A stretch of 64,000 bases of DNA from Escherichia phage vB_EcoP-CHD5UKE1: sequence record NC_070989.1; one strand, 5' to 3'. The position numbers and the translations under genes are program-made. Shown here piece after piece: positions 30,880 through 42,059 of this stretch; the first letter of the stretch is position 1; the number at the start of each line of letters is the position of its first letter. Below the pieces are notes generated by a model. It did not search any database. It had not been told where the DNA came from and was given only the letters and a program-made list of their open reading frames with translations.

Positions 30880-31243
30880 TCTCTTCTTTTGTTTTAATCT
30901 TATGACAAGGGTCTTTACACAGAACCTGAAAACCTTCTTTCTCACACAGAGCACGAGAGATGATCTCATCCCAAGTGGCTTCATGGTCAAGAGGAACTAT
31001 AGGCTCTATGTGGTCAATAGCCATATCCTTTACAGGGTGGTCAGAACCACACATGGCACACTTAAAGTGCATTGCCAGTCTGCCTGTCTTTGGATTAATC
31101 TTCTGCTCTGTCTTGGCGTCTGCTAGTGCATCGAACATGGGCTTCCACTTTCTAGTCAGAGAACGAATCCCTGACTTGATGAAAGAGTTATAACGAGCTT
31201 CAGTCCACATTCCACTACAGCGAGTCTTCTCAGACTTCGCCAT
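30842..31243 (-). CDS. HNH endonuclease (133 aa)
   Basis: CxxC...H-x-DHIEP motif arrangement typical of the HNH nuclease core. Confidence 0.7.
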   Translation of the reverse strand: MAKSEKTRCSGMWTEARYNSFIKSGIRSLTRKWKPMFDALADAKTEQKINPKTGRLAMHFKCAMCGSDHPVKDMAIDHIEPIVPLDHEATWDEIISRALCEKEGFQVLCKDPCHKIKTKEENDARKQFKKGNE

Positions 31244-31409
31244 AATCAGCTTCTTCCCAAACTCGTTTGTTTACACGATGGCTTACCTTACCCTCTCGAG
31301 GAATACGACCAGTCCGCTGATCAAACAGTTGATGTTTAATCTTTTGGTCTTTACGAGATTCACGGTTGGAGGAGTTTTCATCATATGAACGATAATCAAA
31401 TTTACCCAT
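31230..31409 (-). CDS. small basic hypothetical protein (59 aa)
   Basis: ORF with AAGGA RBS, overlaps HNH start; not in track (below 60 aa). Confidence 0.3.
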   Translation of the reverse strand: MGKFDYRSYDENSSNRESRKDQKIKHQLFDQRTGRIPREGKVSHRVNKRVWEEADYGEV

Positions 31410-31422
31410 TATAATATCCTTA

Positions 31423-32265
31423 TTACCAAGATTTATCTAACCATGTCCAGTCGAACAGGTCTTCCGGAGTCTGACCAACAAAGAGAAGCCGAGCATTCTC
31501 AAGCATCTTCTCTTCATCTTCAGTATCGAACTTCTTATAATATTCCATTCGTACTATATGATACATGGTCCACTTATCTGTAACACCAGCTAGTAATTTA
31601 GCTGCTGCCTTCTTCCCTACTCCTTGACGTCGAAGCTGAAGCTTACCCCCCCACATGACTTCTTCACGTTCCCCACATCCGGGGATATTATCCGTACCAT
31701 CTCCAATCAACATTTGATAGAAGAAGTTTTGCCATGAAACTAAATCAGATACATAGTGAGGAGGAACCTCTTTTTGTCTTTCTCCACAAGCCCAACGGTA
31801 ATGCCATCCGGGAGTTATCAACAAATCTTTGTCTCTAGTACAGATGATAGTGTTCTTATCTCTACGTTGCCTTTCAGCTAGTGCATCATCAGCTTCTCTA
31901 CCAAAGACCTCAATGTATTCGTACTTGGCTTTAATGTAATCACCAACGTTTTGCCAGTGAAAAGGTCTTTCTCCGGGAGGTCTGTTTGCCTTGTAGTCTT
32001 GTTGCTTAGCAACATCGAAACGGAAGTTACCACCTTCGCTGAAGTAGAATACAACCTTACTACAACCCGAGCGAGCTATGATTGTATCGATCTTGTACTG
32101 AAGTCGTTCAATCATGAAATTGTAATCAACTGGAACACGTCCTGTGTCAAGGAAGGGATGCTCCTGAGTAAGAGCACCTACTTCATACCGAAGAACGTCA
32201 GCGTCCACTATAGCAACTTCAGGGAGCTTAACCTCTTCCATAAATATCATCCTGAGCTTGAGCAA
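31423..32265 (-). CDS. 5'-3' exonuclease / flap endonuclease, T7 gp6-like (280 aa)
   Basis: Motifs DYKANR, EADDA, CTRDKDL, IGDGTDNIPG parallel T7 exonuclease conserved blocks. Confidence 0.82.
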   Translation of the reverse strand: MLKLRMIFMEEVKLPEVAIVDADVLRYEVGALTQEHPFLDTGRVPVDYNFMIERLQYKIDTIIARSGCSKVVFYFSEGGNFRFDVAKQQDYKANRPPGERPFHWQNVGDYIKAKYEYIEVFGREADDALAERQRRDKNTIICTRDKDLLITPGWHYRWACGERQKEVPPHYVSDLVSWQNFFYQMLIGDGTDNIPGCGEREEVMWGGKLQLRRQGVGKKAAAKLLAGVTDKWTMYHIVRMEYYKKFDTEDEEKMLENARLLFVGQTPEDLFDWTWLDKSW

Positions 32266-33117
32266 TAATCCAATCTAGATCTGATACTGCTGATTCAATA
32301 GTTGAGTCATTAAATAGTAGATATGTTTTTCTCTGCTCTCCTTCAATATATGAGCGAGAGTCTCCATCAAAAGAGCAACCATCTCTAAGAACTTGGACAA
32401 CTTGGACATGGAAATTCTTTTCTAGTTCTCGTACCTCTGCATCAAAACCTCCGTCAGTAAACATGACAATATCATCCTGACCTAACCCTTCTTGTTTGAT
32501 GCTTTTTACAGCAAGATTCCCCATATGGTTGTTGCCAAACATAGGTTTTAAGAAGTCTTCACTTGTAGAAATCATCAAATCTCTTACAGACTTCCCTCCC
32601 CATTCTGGTCTAGGTTTTTCTTTCCATTCACGGTCTTCATAGCGTGCTAGAAAGTTTTCTAGAGGTATGCCTAGTGCAGCAGCAGCTACCTTGTACATTG
32701 GCTCCTTGAAGGATTTGGTTGAATAATTGTGATGGTATGAATGGGCATTGACCCAAGCATTGGCTATCGTATCTTTACCACAACCCGGAGGCCCATTAAG
32801 AATTACTACTAAAGGCTTATAATGGGAATCTACCACCATATTGGTCAGTGCTGGATTGCCTTGAGATTCCATTTCTAATTGCTCCGTGTGGTCATGTGAG
32901 TAGTCTACTGGAGAAGTTTTGTTACCAGTAACTTTAGGTAAAATCGCTCTAGTTGTTTCTACGTATTTACCGCCATCAATATTGATTTGAAACTCTACAA
33001 GCTCATTCTGTAACTCATATCCTGATAAGTTGGATAGCTCCTCCAACTCATCTCTGATGAAATTTAAATGTTTGATTTTAATTGCAAGAGCTTTCTTTAA
33101 AGCTTTTACCTCTTCAC

Positions 33118-33127
<10 letters not shown>
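32228..33127 (-). CDS. P-loop kinase, dNMP-kinase-like (299 aa) with N-terminal coiled-coil
   Basis: Walker A GPPGCGKDT resembling the T4 gp1 dNMP kinase GKDT signature; substrate not determinable. Confidence 0.55.
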
Positions 33128-34613
<1,486 letters not shown>

Positions 34614-34614
<1 letters not shown>

Positions 34615-34874
34615 TATTTTATCCCACGCTCTTTCAGAGCTTCTAACAATCCATTGTGATTGGCAGCACATTCTGTGTACTGGTCCTGATACCACTCCAA
34701 CGTAGTGGCTAGTGCCTTTCCTTGAGCACTCTCTAAAAGAGGTAGGTCAACCCTACATTCAGCTTTTAGGTTTGTTGGTAAGGGCATTGATTGCCTGCTG
34801 TTGTCGCTCGTTGAACATGCGGACATAGTCATCGCTAGCGCAGACATTATAAAAAACTGGTTTAGTTTTCTCAT
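34614..34874 (-). CDS. outer-membrane lipoprotein, o-spanin candidate (about 86 aa)
   Basis: Signal peptide with lipobox-like MSAC, Pro-rich, two further Cys; start embedded in i-spanin gene in another frame. Confidence 0.5.
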
Positions 34875-35109
34875 AATGCATCTCTTTATAAATGGTTTCC
34901 GTGTTCTTCTTCCAGTTAGATAAACCGGTAAGAACTCTCTGAGCAACCTCATCAGCTGCCTTGCTTCTTTCAATCTCTAACTCTTGTTGATGTTTCTCTT
35001 TATCTAGATTACTACTGTCTGTTTGGTACTCGTTAAACTTCATACCACCAAAGAATACAAGAGCTGAGAAAACGATAAACCCTAAGTTATCACTTAATGT
35101 GTTTTGCAT
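34759..35109 (-). CDS. i-spanin candidate (116 aa from ATG 35109): N-terminal TM helix plus periplasmic coiled-coil
   Basis: LGFIVFSALVFFGG TM segment then charged helical region; GGAG RBS before ATG 35109. Confidence 0.5.
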   Translation of the reverse strand: MQNTLSDNLGFIVFSALVFFGGMKFNEYQTDSSNLDKEKHQQELEIERSKAADEVAQRVLTGLSNWKKNTETIYKEMHYEKTKPVFYNVCASDDYVRMFNERQQQAINALTNKPKS

Positions 35110-35121
35110 GTTGTCTCCAAC

Positions 35122-35145
35122 GAAAAAAGCCACCCGAAGGTGGCT
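35122..35145 (-). terminator. rho-independent terminator on minus strand (AGCCACC-TTCG-GGTGGCT + U6)
   Basis: Perfect 7-bp stem, tetraloop, U-run; lies between HNH gene and the spanins. Confidence 0.75.
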
Positions 35146-35167
35146 AAGCTATAACAAGGAGAGTTAT

Positions 35168-35581
35168 TTATATGAATTTCTGCATACCTTTGATACGAGG
35201 GTTATCATCACCAACTCTCGATTTACAGTAAGCGATAAAAGATTCAGTATTGAGGTTATCCTTTTGAGAACCCCACTGGAGATTGTCTGCTCTATTGTTG
35301 CTCGGATTATCATCCAGATGCATAACAACAGCGTTAGGAAAAGGTTTCTCACCATGAAAAGTCTCACACACTAAGATATGAATCCTTTTCTTAAACTTTC
35401 TTTTCCTGTTTACAAACACCATTCTTCCATCTTTCTCTCTATATCCGCTATATGGTTTTCCTACGAAAAGCCTAACTCCACCATTATTCGTTATGGCTGT
35501 GAAAGGCTTAATCTTAACTCTACCAAAAGATGATACGGAAAGGAAATCATAATAGGGGTGATCTTTCCAGACTTCTTCCAC
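35168..35581 (-). CDS. HNH homing-type endonuclease (137 aa)
   Basis: HLDDNPSNNRADNLQWGSQKDN motif (HNH_3-type). Confidence 0.7.
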   Translation of the reverse strand: MEEVWKDHPYYDFLSVSSFGRVKIKPFTAITNNGGVRLFVGKPYSGYREKDGRMVFVNRKRKFKKRIHILVCETFHGEKPFPNAVVMHLDDNPSNNRADNLQWGSQKDNLNTESFIAYCKSRVGDDNPRIKGMQKFI

Positions 35582-35590
35582 TATTTATCC

Positions 35591-36337
35591 TCAAAATGGG
35601 CTATCGTTGTCGTCTTCATAAGTAGAAGCAGGCTCTTTATCAATCGTAGGGATTGAAGGAGTAGCTTCTTTCTGCTCTGTTTCAGAAGCACGAGTAATTT
35701 CACGACCAGCCAGAGGCATGTTCTTAGCGTCATTAGCTTGGGTAAGCAGGTTGCGCTGGAACGGGAACATCAGTTGATAGGATGCTACGTTCTCATCGGT
35801 TTCCGCATACGGTTCGAAGAATACCAGAGGACTGCGAGCTTCACCAACTGCTGCACGATATTTGGTTGGGATTGGAGAAATGGTTTTGATGGAGTTTTTA
35901 ACTTCACCAGCTTTGTTAGTGTAAGAGTTAACCAGAATATTAACAGGCTGACCTAACAGAACATCCTTGAACCAAGACAGATCACCTTTCAGTGCTTGAA
36001 TACTTGGGTCAATCATCTTGCAAAGATCAAGAATACCAGAGTTCTTAGCTCGTGGGTTTACATCATAACTCTTGAACTGGCAAGCCGGACGTGGTTCTAA
36101 TGCCTTACCATCGGAATCTTTACCAGTAGCATCAACACCAATCAGCTCGAAAGCCAAATCCATACGGAAAGCCGGATTCTTAGGAGTTACTGCTTTGGTC
36201 TTCGGGTCAATCCAAGGGTCACGATTGTGAACACCCAAACCTACTACACGAACGATACGTGCTTCGTATTCACCATCAGGGATTACATCGTAGTTGGATT
36301 TACGGGAAGCAGTTGCGATAGTTGGAATCATAGACAT
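35591..36337 (-). CDS. putative ssDNA-binding protein (248 aa) with acidic C-terminal tail
   Basis: Acidic C-terminus ending EDDNDSPF (SSB-like tail); first gene after a long intergenic region; weak assignment. Confidence 0.35.
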   Translation of the reverse strand: MSMIPTIATASRKSNYDVIPDGEYEARIVRVVGLGVHNRDPWIDPKTKAVTPKNPAFRMDLAFELIGVDATGKDSDGKALEPRPACQFKSYDVNPRAKNSGILDLCKMIDPSIQALKGDLSWFKDVLLGQPVNILVNSYTNKAGEVKNSIKTISPIPTKYRAAVGEARSPLVFFEPYAETDENVASYQLMFPFQRNLLTQANDAKNMPLAGREITRASETEQKEATPSIPTIDKEPASTYEDDNDSPF

Positions 36338-36339
36338 AT

Positions 36340-36750
36340 TTTAATTTCCTTATTTAATTTGAAAGATTGTTGCTCTCTTTGAGCGGTTATGTATAGTATA
36401 CATTACGCTTATACCGATAAGAGTACTATATAATATAAGTATCTTTGGTAGTAGATATAACACACTAGTAATGTATATATTGTATAGCTGATAAAGTTAT
36501 TGCAGGCTTGTATATTGGGCAATTCACAGAATCCCTTGCAAGTACCGAAGGGCAGGAGCCACCTGCGAGATAAAAATAGAGAATTAAGGAATCCTTGATT
36601 TAGGTTGTAGGGACTCCTAGGGACTTTGATTCTCTATTTAAAAGAATATTAATTACTTATTACCTAAATAATTAACTAACTTACTTAAACCAAATTCAAG
36701 AATAATAGATAAAAAGATTATTCCTAAGAAAGCTAAAAAGTAAAGGATAT
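36340..36750 (-). promoter_or_regulatory. AT-rich 410-bp intergenic region, likely early promoter/regulatory or origin region; contains tandem TAGGGACT direct repeat at 36608-36625
   Basis: Largest non-coding gap in the minus arm, many TATA-like tracts, direct repeat read from sequence. Confidence 0.4.
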
Positions 36751-36753
36751 AAG

Positions 36754-36981
36754 TTACCATTCAAGTAAACCTTTAAAGTTAGTTTGTTCTACTATCCTCT
36801 GATAACGAAGATTAGAATCAGCTTGTTTCTTTAACATCTCATTATATTGATCTCTGATAGAGTCTTTATAAACTACAGGTTCTTTAAATACTGAGATCTT
36901 CTTTTTCTCAGAGTTAGATAGTACATCCATCACAGGTAAGATCTCCGAGAAGGGACAGTGATAACAAACGAGACTGCTCAT
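36754..36981 (-). CDS. hypothetical protein (about 75 aa from internal ATG; track ORF 36754-37053)
   Basis: Overlaps 36914-37129 in a different frame. Confidence 0.35.
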   Translation of the reverse strand: MSSLVCYHCPFSEILPVMDVLSNSEKKKISVFKEPVVYKDSIRDQYNEMLKKQADSNLRYQRIVEQTNFKGLLEW

Positions 36982-37129
36982 CGCTATACAGTTGATCAAT
37001 CTCTTCTTTAAGTTTTGCCAACTCAATGAAATTGATAAGTTGACCATGTTCAAGACAGTCTGTTTTTAGTATAAATAAAACTTCAGCGTCTGTTGAATCT
37101 TCACTTGAGTATTTATCAATGTATTCCAT
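36914..37129 (-). CDS. hypothetical protein (71 aa)
   Basis: ORF with helical charged sequence; C-terminal CDGC. Confidence 0.4.
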   Translation of the reverse strand: MEYIDKYSSEDSTDAEVLFILKTDCLEHGQLINFIELAKLKEEIDQLYSDEQSRLLSLSLLGDLTCDGCTI

Positions 37130-37285
37130 TTTTTACTCCTATTAATTATGACCAAGATTTAACTTTTACTTCGACGTATGTTTTAACTTCACCTTTCAAG
37201 ACTTCCTGAGAAGCATTTGCACTTTCCTCAGAGTGATGTACAACGGTGATATCTTTCTTTCCAATCTTATAAGTGTGAATCCAAA

Positions 37286-37486
37286 TCATACTTCTTCCTT
37301 ATATTCCCAATTTCTTTCATAATACCCAGAGTTGTAGTTTAGGACGCACCTCTCGGCCTCTTCTATGTCGTCAGTGTTTAGGATATTTACCCATCCTCCA
37401 ACTTCATCAAAACCTTCTTCTACTTCGTTAAACCATACACTATACTTTTTCATCGAGAAGTTCTTCCCCAATCTTTTACATAGCAT
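37286..37486 (-). CDS. hypothetical protein (66 aa)
   Basis: ORF in early operon. Confidence 0.4.
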   Translation of the reverse strand: MLCKRLGKNFSMKKYSVWFNEVEEGFDEVGGWVNILNTDDIEEAERCVLNYNSGYYERNWEYKEEV

Positions 37487-37622
37487 CGACCGTTAACCCA
37501 CTTTGTCTCTGACTTAAATTCTTGAGACAATCCCACTTCACAGTCTTCTCTACTGGCATCTCCTCCGATATCAATCAGATACAGGAATAGAGCTATACCT
37601 AAAGCCCAAAGAATTATCTTCT

Positions 37623-38015
37623 TCATCGAATCACCAAAGGCTCTTCAGAGTACACAGGAGCGGCTATTTCTACAGGAGGTGCTGCCCTAAGGTCATTAAG
37701 TCTTACGCCCTTCAGCATACCGTCTAGGTGGTCCTTTTTGGGGATTCCAACAGGGAAGTCGTCAATCCAAATATCGACGAAGAAACCTAGCTGTCGACAG
37801 ACCTCATCCTTCTGTACACCATTACAAAAGATAATAGGAATCTGCAAACACTCTGCATCAATCTTAATGTCGTGGTTATCGTACCCATTAGGCTCTGCAA
37901 AGCGATAAGTTACAAAGCGTACATCGTAGCCCTTTTCTTGCATTAATGCCACCACAGAGCGCCACAGCTTTTTATCTGAGGTGTAAGTGTCATCATAATC
38001 TAAACCAACATTCAT
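37623..38015 (-). CDS. small HAD-like phosphatase candidate (130 aa from ATG 38015)
   Basis: N-terminal MNVGLDYDDTY matches the HAD motif I DxDxT; AAAGGA RBS. Confidence 0.4.
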   Translation of the reverse strand: MNVGLDYDDTYTSDKKLWRSVVALMQEKGYDVRFVTYRFAEPNGYDNHDIKIDAECLQIPIIFCNGVQKDEVCRQLGFFVDIWIDDFPVGIPKKDHLDGMLKGVRLNDLRAAPPVEIAAPVYSEEPLVIR

Positions 38016-38034
38016 GTCAAATCCTTTAGACAAG

Positions 38035-38054
38035 AAAAGCCGCCCGAAGGCAGC
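38035..38054 (-). terminator. terminator-like hairpin on minus strand (GCUGCC-UUCG-GGCGGC + U-run)
   Basis: 6-bp stem with one G-U pair, tetraloop, followed by UUUUCUUG. Confidence 0.5.
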
Positions 38055-38061
38055 TTCTTAT

Positions 38062-38238
38062 TTAACTGTTCACTTTAGCTTCAAGTGTTTCGTTTTCAAT
38101 ACTCAAGTCAATCACTACACCAGTAAGCTCAACGACTGCTTGGCGAAGGGCATCTTTACCCATAGAGTGTACTTGAGATAAGAAGAAAGCTTTACCTTCT
38201 TCAGTGGATAGGGTTTCTTTTAATTCAGAAGCAGTCAT
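38062..38238 (-). CDS. small hypothetical protein (58 aa)
   Basis: ORF MTASELKETLSTEEGKAFFLSQ... below track cutoff. Confidence 0.3.
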   Translation of the reverse strand: MTASELKETLSTEEGKAFFLSQVHSMGKDALRQAVVELTGVVIDLSIENETLEAKVNS

Positions 38239-38247
38239 TGATATTCC

Positions 38248-38442
38248 TTATGTTATGTTATAAATTCGCATGATTGTACCACCATTGGCTTCAATAGCAG
38301 CAACCATTTGGTTTCGTTCTTCATCCGTGTAAACTAACACACTTCTAAACTCACCTGTTGCATCAGTATAAAGGATGTTATATTTCGGAGGTGGCTTACG
38401 GTAAATACCTTCCATCACTCTTTCTCCTCTCGCTCTTTCCAC
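38248..38442 (-). CDS. hypothetical protein (64 aa)
   Basis: ORF in early operon. Confidence 0.4.
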   Translation of the reverse strand: MERARGERVMEGIYRKPPPKYNILYTDATGEFRSVLVYTDEERNQMVAAIEANGGTIMRIYNIT

Positions 38443-38598
38443 AGTTCGGCTAGCTCTAGATAGAACTCAGCCTCATCAGGACGACCTTGTTCATTACAGA
38501 TGGCGCTCTGACGATAACACCAATCCGATGGCATCTCTTCCACTTCAATCTCCTTGTTACGAACCAATCAATAAGAATAGTTCATTCGTCTTATTTAT

Positions 38599-38793
38599 TC
38601 ACTCTACCAATGCAGGTACTTCTATCCTTTTAACTGTGAATGTCTTGTTTGGAAACTTTCGAACTAGCTCTGCTGCTTTGGTTATTGCTAAGTTCTCTGT
38701 CTCAAAGATACACAGTTGACCATTTAATGCTACGAGAGTGGAGCCACCGCTGAAGACGGCCCAAGATTCATAATAACCACGAACACTCATCAC
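38599..38793 (-). CDS. hypothetical protein (64 aa)
   Basis: ORF overlapping next gene stop by 4 nt. Confidence 0.4.
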   Translation of the reverse strand: MMSVRGYYESWAVFSGGSTLVALNGQLCIFETENLAITKAAELVRKFPNKTFTVKRIEVPALVE

Positions 38794-39158
38794 TCAACCT
38801 CGATACTATATAGAGTTTTCAGTGTATCTTTAATCCAAGCCCGTCGTTTTGGATTCTTATGATGTGCCCCGTTTTCCCTATCTATAAAATACTGATCACA
38901 TCCGAATGGGTATGTTGGGTCCAAAAACTTTTCTTGATTAAACATATTCTTCATGTCGTCAATATCTAAATGCTTTGTGAAATAGTAATACCTCTTATAA
39001 CAGCGAAAGTTGAAGCATAATCCGTGATCTTCACTAAACCATTTTGGATAAATTCCAGTCTTAGTTATTTCATAATATTGGAGGAGGAAATCCTCCATCC
39101 CCCTCTCTTTAGCTAAACATCTCAATGTTCTGTAGATGATATTGGTTTCTTTCATCAC
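38790..39158 (-). CDS. hypothetical protein (122 aa)
   Basis: ORF immediately downstream of DNA polymerase. Confidence 0.45.
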   Translation of the reverse strand: MMKETNIIYRTLRCLAKERGMEDFLLQYYEITKTGIYPKWFSEDHGLCFNFRCYKRYYYFTKHLDIDDMKNMFNQEKFLDPTYPFGCDQYFIDRENGAHHKNPKRRAWIKDTLKTLYSIEVE

Positions 39159-39163
39159 TCACC

Positions 39164-41008
39164 TTAGTGTGTATGCATCCAGTTAAGTCCAATCTGACAA
39201 TCAGATGCCAGAGGACATTCCATATTCAGATACTCGCCAGCTTTCTTAACACAAAGCTCGGTGTGCTCTTTGAGTTTCTGTACATCATTACGGTTTACTG
39301 AGAATTGACCTTCATCGTGCATATCAATTACCTTAGCACAATGAACCTTATCTTTCTCAATCCACTTGTTAAGGAACATCATAGCATATTTCATAACAAC
39401 AGCACCAGCACATTGCAGGAGTGTGTTAAGGGCTTTATGAACCATAACCTTACCAGTGGCATCCCGTCTCATTGTAATCTTACGACCATCAACTCCAATC
39501 AAGTATCCTTGAGCAGCTTTCTCTGTCATACGATCAATGAGGATTGCAATACATGGATTCTCTGCCAAGAAACGTGCTCGCATCACTGAACCTTCGTCAG
39601 CCCCACCACCTACAATTGAACCAAGCTTAGCGTCGCCAGCGCCATAGTTAAATGCATAGATAAACGTCTTAGCGTTGTCACGAGTAGGAAGACCAGCAAG
39701 TTTCTGGTTGTGGGAGTGGATATCACCTTCAAGGAGAATATCACGATACATAATAGCAGAAGCTAAACCACGTTCTGCCAGAGCTTTCTTAGCTGGGTTG
39801 TTCTCTTCGATTGCCTCAGCAAGCATATCCCTACACTCTTTAATGAGGTAGTGAGCGAGCATACGAAGTTCAAGTCCAGAACCATCATACCCTAAGAATA
39901 CTTCTTTACCAGCGGGTATGTAATATTTGTAAGCGCCTACAGGTTTGTCTTTCTTCCCCGGCTTACCTTTCTCGTAAATTACGTTAGTACCTTTTCGTAT
40001 ATAACAACCATCAGGAACAACGTTAGTAATAACGAAAGGACGAGAGTGATCACTGTCTGAGTTATAGTCAGACTCAAACAAACTGCGACACTCGTGACCA
40101 AACAGACCACGGGAGGGAATATTAACCACGATACGATGTTTGAATCGAAAAGTCGGCGTAGCGCAGCTGTTAGCTTCTGCCGAAAGTTTACCATCTTCGC
40201 GTTCCTTTGCTATGAGTCCACTGATAAGACCTAGCCTGTGAGCCGCTACAACGCGTCTCTTAAGCAAACTTCCGACACTCCCTAGCTCACCCCCTAACCC
40301 TTCTTCAAGAGTCTCCTCGAGGTTTGTAGGAGCTGTAGGCCACTTGTTTGATGTGGCTAGTGCTTTCTTAATCTCATCAAACGTTACAGGATTACGGCGA
40401 TTAGGGTTCAACCCCAAACCAAATACGTAAGCCTTCATGTAATTCTTAGTCTTAAACCTGAAATGCTTTTCTAAGAACTTCTTAATATCAGCGTCAACCA
40501 TCTCGGCTGTCTGCTTCTGCTTAGCATTGCCTCGCATCCAAGCAGTATACCATGCTTGGTATGTTCCATACTTTCTCATATCTTTCTTAATTTCGAAAGT
40601 ATTCCAAGGCTTCTTAGATACGTTAAACTCTGGAGGAAGAAAGCCCTCATCCATAAGAGCTTCTTTAACTCGTGCATCTTTCGATGGGTCAAAGTCTACG
40701 TATTCGACACAGGTGAAAGCTCCACCAATATCTTCTCTCTTCAGCCCAACCCTATCACAATAGGCTTGAGGCCACTTCTGTAAAGCTCCAGACTTCTTAA
40801 ATGGCTTCATGTAAGTAGAGCCATCTAATCTCATCTTAGGTAAGAGAGGAATCAACTCTCTGTCAATATTAACAATAATCTCTTTAAGGAGGTGAACATA
40901 CCACCGAGCATTTCTTCGGTTGAAACTCACTCCGTGCTTTGCTTGCTTAGAGATTATATCAGCGACAGTCATCTCTGTCAAAAATGGAAGAGCGTCCGGG
41001 TTGCTCAC
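39164..41008 (-). CDS. DNA polymerase, family A polymerase domain (614 aa), T7 gp5-like, lacking its own 3'-5' exonuclease domain
   Basis: Motif A YDGSGLELR, motif B RDNAKTFIYAFNYGAG, motif C IDMHDEG. Confidence 0.85.
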   Translation of the reverse strand: MSNPDALPFLTEMTVADIISKQAKHGVSFNRRNARWYVHLLKEIIVNIDRELIPLLPKMRLDGSTYMKPFKKSGALQKWPQAYCDRVGLKREDIGGAFTCVEYVDFDPSKDARVKEALMDEGFLPPEFNVSKKPWNTFEIKKDMRKYGTYQAWYTAWMRGNAKQKQTAEMVDADIKKFLEKHFRFKTKNYMKAYVFGLGLNPNRRNPVTFDEIKKALATSNKWPTAPTNLEETLEEGLGGELGSVGSLLKRRVVAAHRLGLISGLIAKEREDGKLSAEANSCATPTFRFKHRIVVNIPSRGLFGHECRSLFESDYNSDSDHSRPFVITNVVPDGCYIRKGTNVIYEKGKPGKKDKPVGAYKYYIPAGKEVFLGYDGSGLELRMLAHYLIKECRDMLAEAIEENNPAKKALAERGLASAIMYRDILLEGDIHSHNQKLAGLPTRDNAKTFIYAFNYGAGDAKLGSIVGGGADEGSVMRARFLAENPCIAILIDRMTEKAAQGYLIGVDGRKITMRRDATGKVMVHKALNTLLQCAGAVVMKYAMMFLNKWIEKDKVHCAKVIDMHDEGQFSVNRNDVQKLKEHTELCVKKAGEYLNMECPLASDCQIGLNWMHTH

Positions 41009-41024
41009 TTTATACTCCTTTAAA

Positions 41025-41447
41025 TTATTGGTAAAGTAAATCTGTAAATGCTTGGTTATCTTCTACTACATTCAACATGGTAGCTTCATCACTATAAGCC
41101 CTAACCGTCCCGTTGACAACTGTCCAAGGAGGAGGTGGAGGTGGTGTATGGTTAGCCCTAGCTTCACGAGGTTGCTCTCGTACTAAATGAGCCACAACCC
41201 TTTGGTTAGCGACTTCTTCTCTTTCTCTAATAGCTCTCTGGATATAGGCCAGCTTCATGCCCCAAGCTTCTTCAAACTCTTGAGGATGCTTATCACTGAT
41301 AACCACATACTGACGTTCAGAAATACCAGAGCGAATCTCTGATAATAATTCATGGAACAAATCTAGTTCGTGCTCAGTGAGATTCATTTCAATATCATCC
41401 CACTTTAGAACTAGGAAACGGTTTTGGTGTCTAGCTGGTAATGGCAT
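41025..41447 (-). CDS. hypothetical protein (140 aa)
   Basis: ORF with Pro-rich stretch TPPPPPPWT. Confidence 0.45.
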   Translation of the reverse strand: MPLPARHQNRFLVLKWDDIEMNLTEHELDLFHELLSEIRSGISERQYVVISDKHPQEFEEAWGMKLAYIQRAIREREEVANQRVVAHLVREQPREARANHTPPPPPPWTVVNGTVRAYSDEATMLNVVEDNQAFTDLLYQ

Positions 41448-41450
41448 AAC

Positions 41451-41735
41451 TCAACCTCTTGGGAATGGCATCAAAAATTCCACAGCAGATTTAATTTCAC
41501 TATTGATTCTTGAATCACGATAAGAGATAAACTTACCTTTGCTATCACGTAACATCACATGAGTTCTGGCTGTTTTGTGAGGGAGTAGTGTGACACTAGT
41601 TGGGATAGTATCAATCCCTACAGCGTATTTGTCAATAGTCTTACTTTCAGCCAACAGATAAGACCAAGTACGCGGTTTCTGCTCCGGGCGGTTGGGGTAT
41701 GTGTCTCGAATCTGTACCATAGCTAACTTATTCAT
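41451..41735 (-). CDS. hypothetical protein (94 aa), paralog of 41737-41991
   Basis: Shared C-terminal pattern KTARTxVxLRxxxGKFISY...PFPxG. Confidence 0.45.
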   Translation of the reverse strand: MNKLAMVQIRDTYPNRPEQKPRTWSYLLAESKTIDKYAVGIDTIPTSVTLLPHKTARTHVMLRDSKGKFISYRDSRINSEIKSAVEFLMPFPRG

Positions 41736-41736
41736 A

Positions 41737-41991
41737 TTAAACTCCTTTAGGGAATGGAATGAGATTTTCTACTGCAACACGGAAAGATTTTTCTACGTTC
41801 TTATTCTTATAAGAGATAAATTTTCCATCAGCTCCGCGAAGGAGTACGTTAGTGCGAGCTGTTTTTGGGTTAATCTCAATCATCCGTTCGATGATCTTGT
41901 TTGATTTGTTGTGGTGGTTAGTGAAAGTCCACTTAACAACCTTGCCATCTCTGGTTACATCAAAAATATTTACGATTTTTACAATAGACAT
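41737..41991 (-). CDS. hypothetical protein (84 aa), paralog of 41451-41735
   Basis: Same conserved C-terminal motif as the neighbour. Confidence 0.45.
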   Translation of the reverse strand: MSIVKIVNIFDVTRDGKVVKWTFTNHHNKSNKIIERMIEINPKTARTNVLLRGADGKFISYKNKNVEKSFRVAVENLIPFPKGV

Positions 41992-42025
41992 ACTTATTAC
42001 CTAGGAAGTTTAGTTTGGTTTATAT

Positions 42026-42054
42026 AAAAGAAAAGGCCACCCATTTGGGTAGCC
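42026..42054 (-). terminator. rho-independent terminator on minus strand (GGCUACCC-AAAU-GGGUGGCC + U-run)
   Basis: 8-bp stem with one G-U, followed by UUUUCUUUU. Confidence 0.65.
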
Positions 42055-42059
42055 TTATA

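Noticed and set aside
35099-35374. 91-aa plus-strand ORF antisense to the HNH gene
   Set aside because: Overlaps a clear minus-strand terminator hairpin and HNH coding sequence; spurious
35591-36337. Confident SSB assignment
   Set aside because: Only the acidic C-terminal tail and position support it; no OB-fold motif could be verified by eye, so it is kept at low confidence
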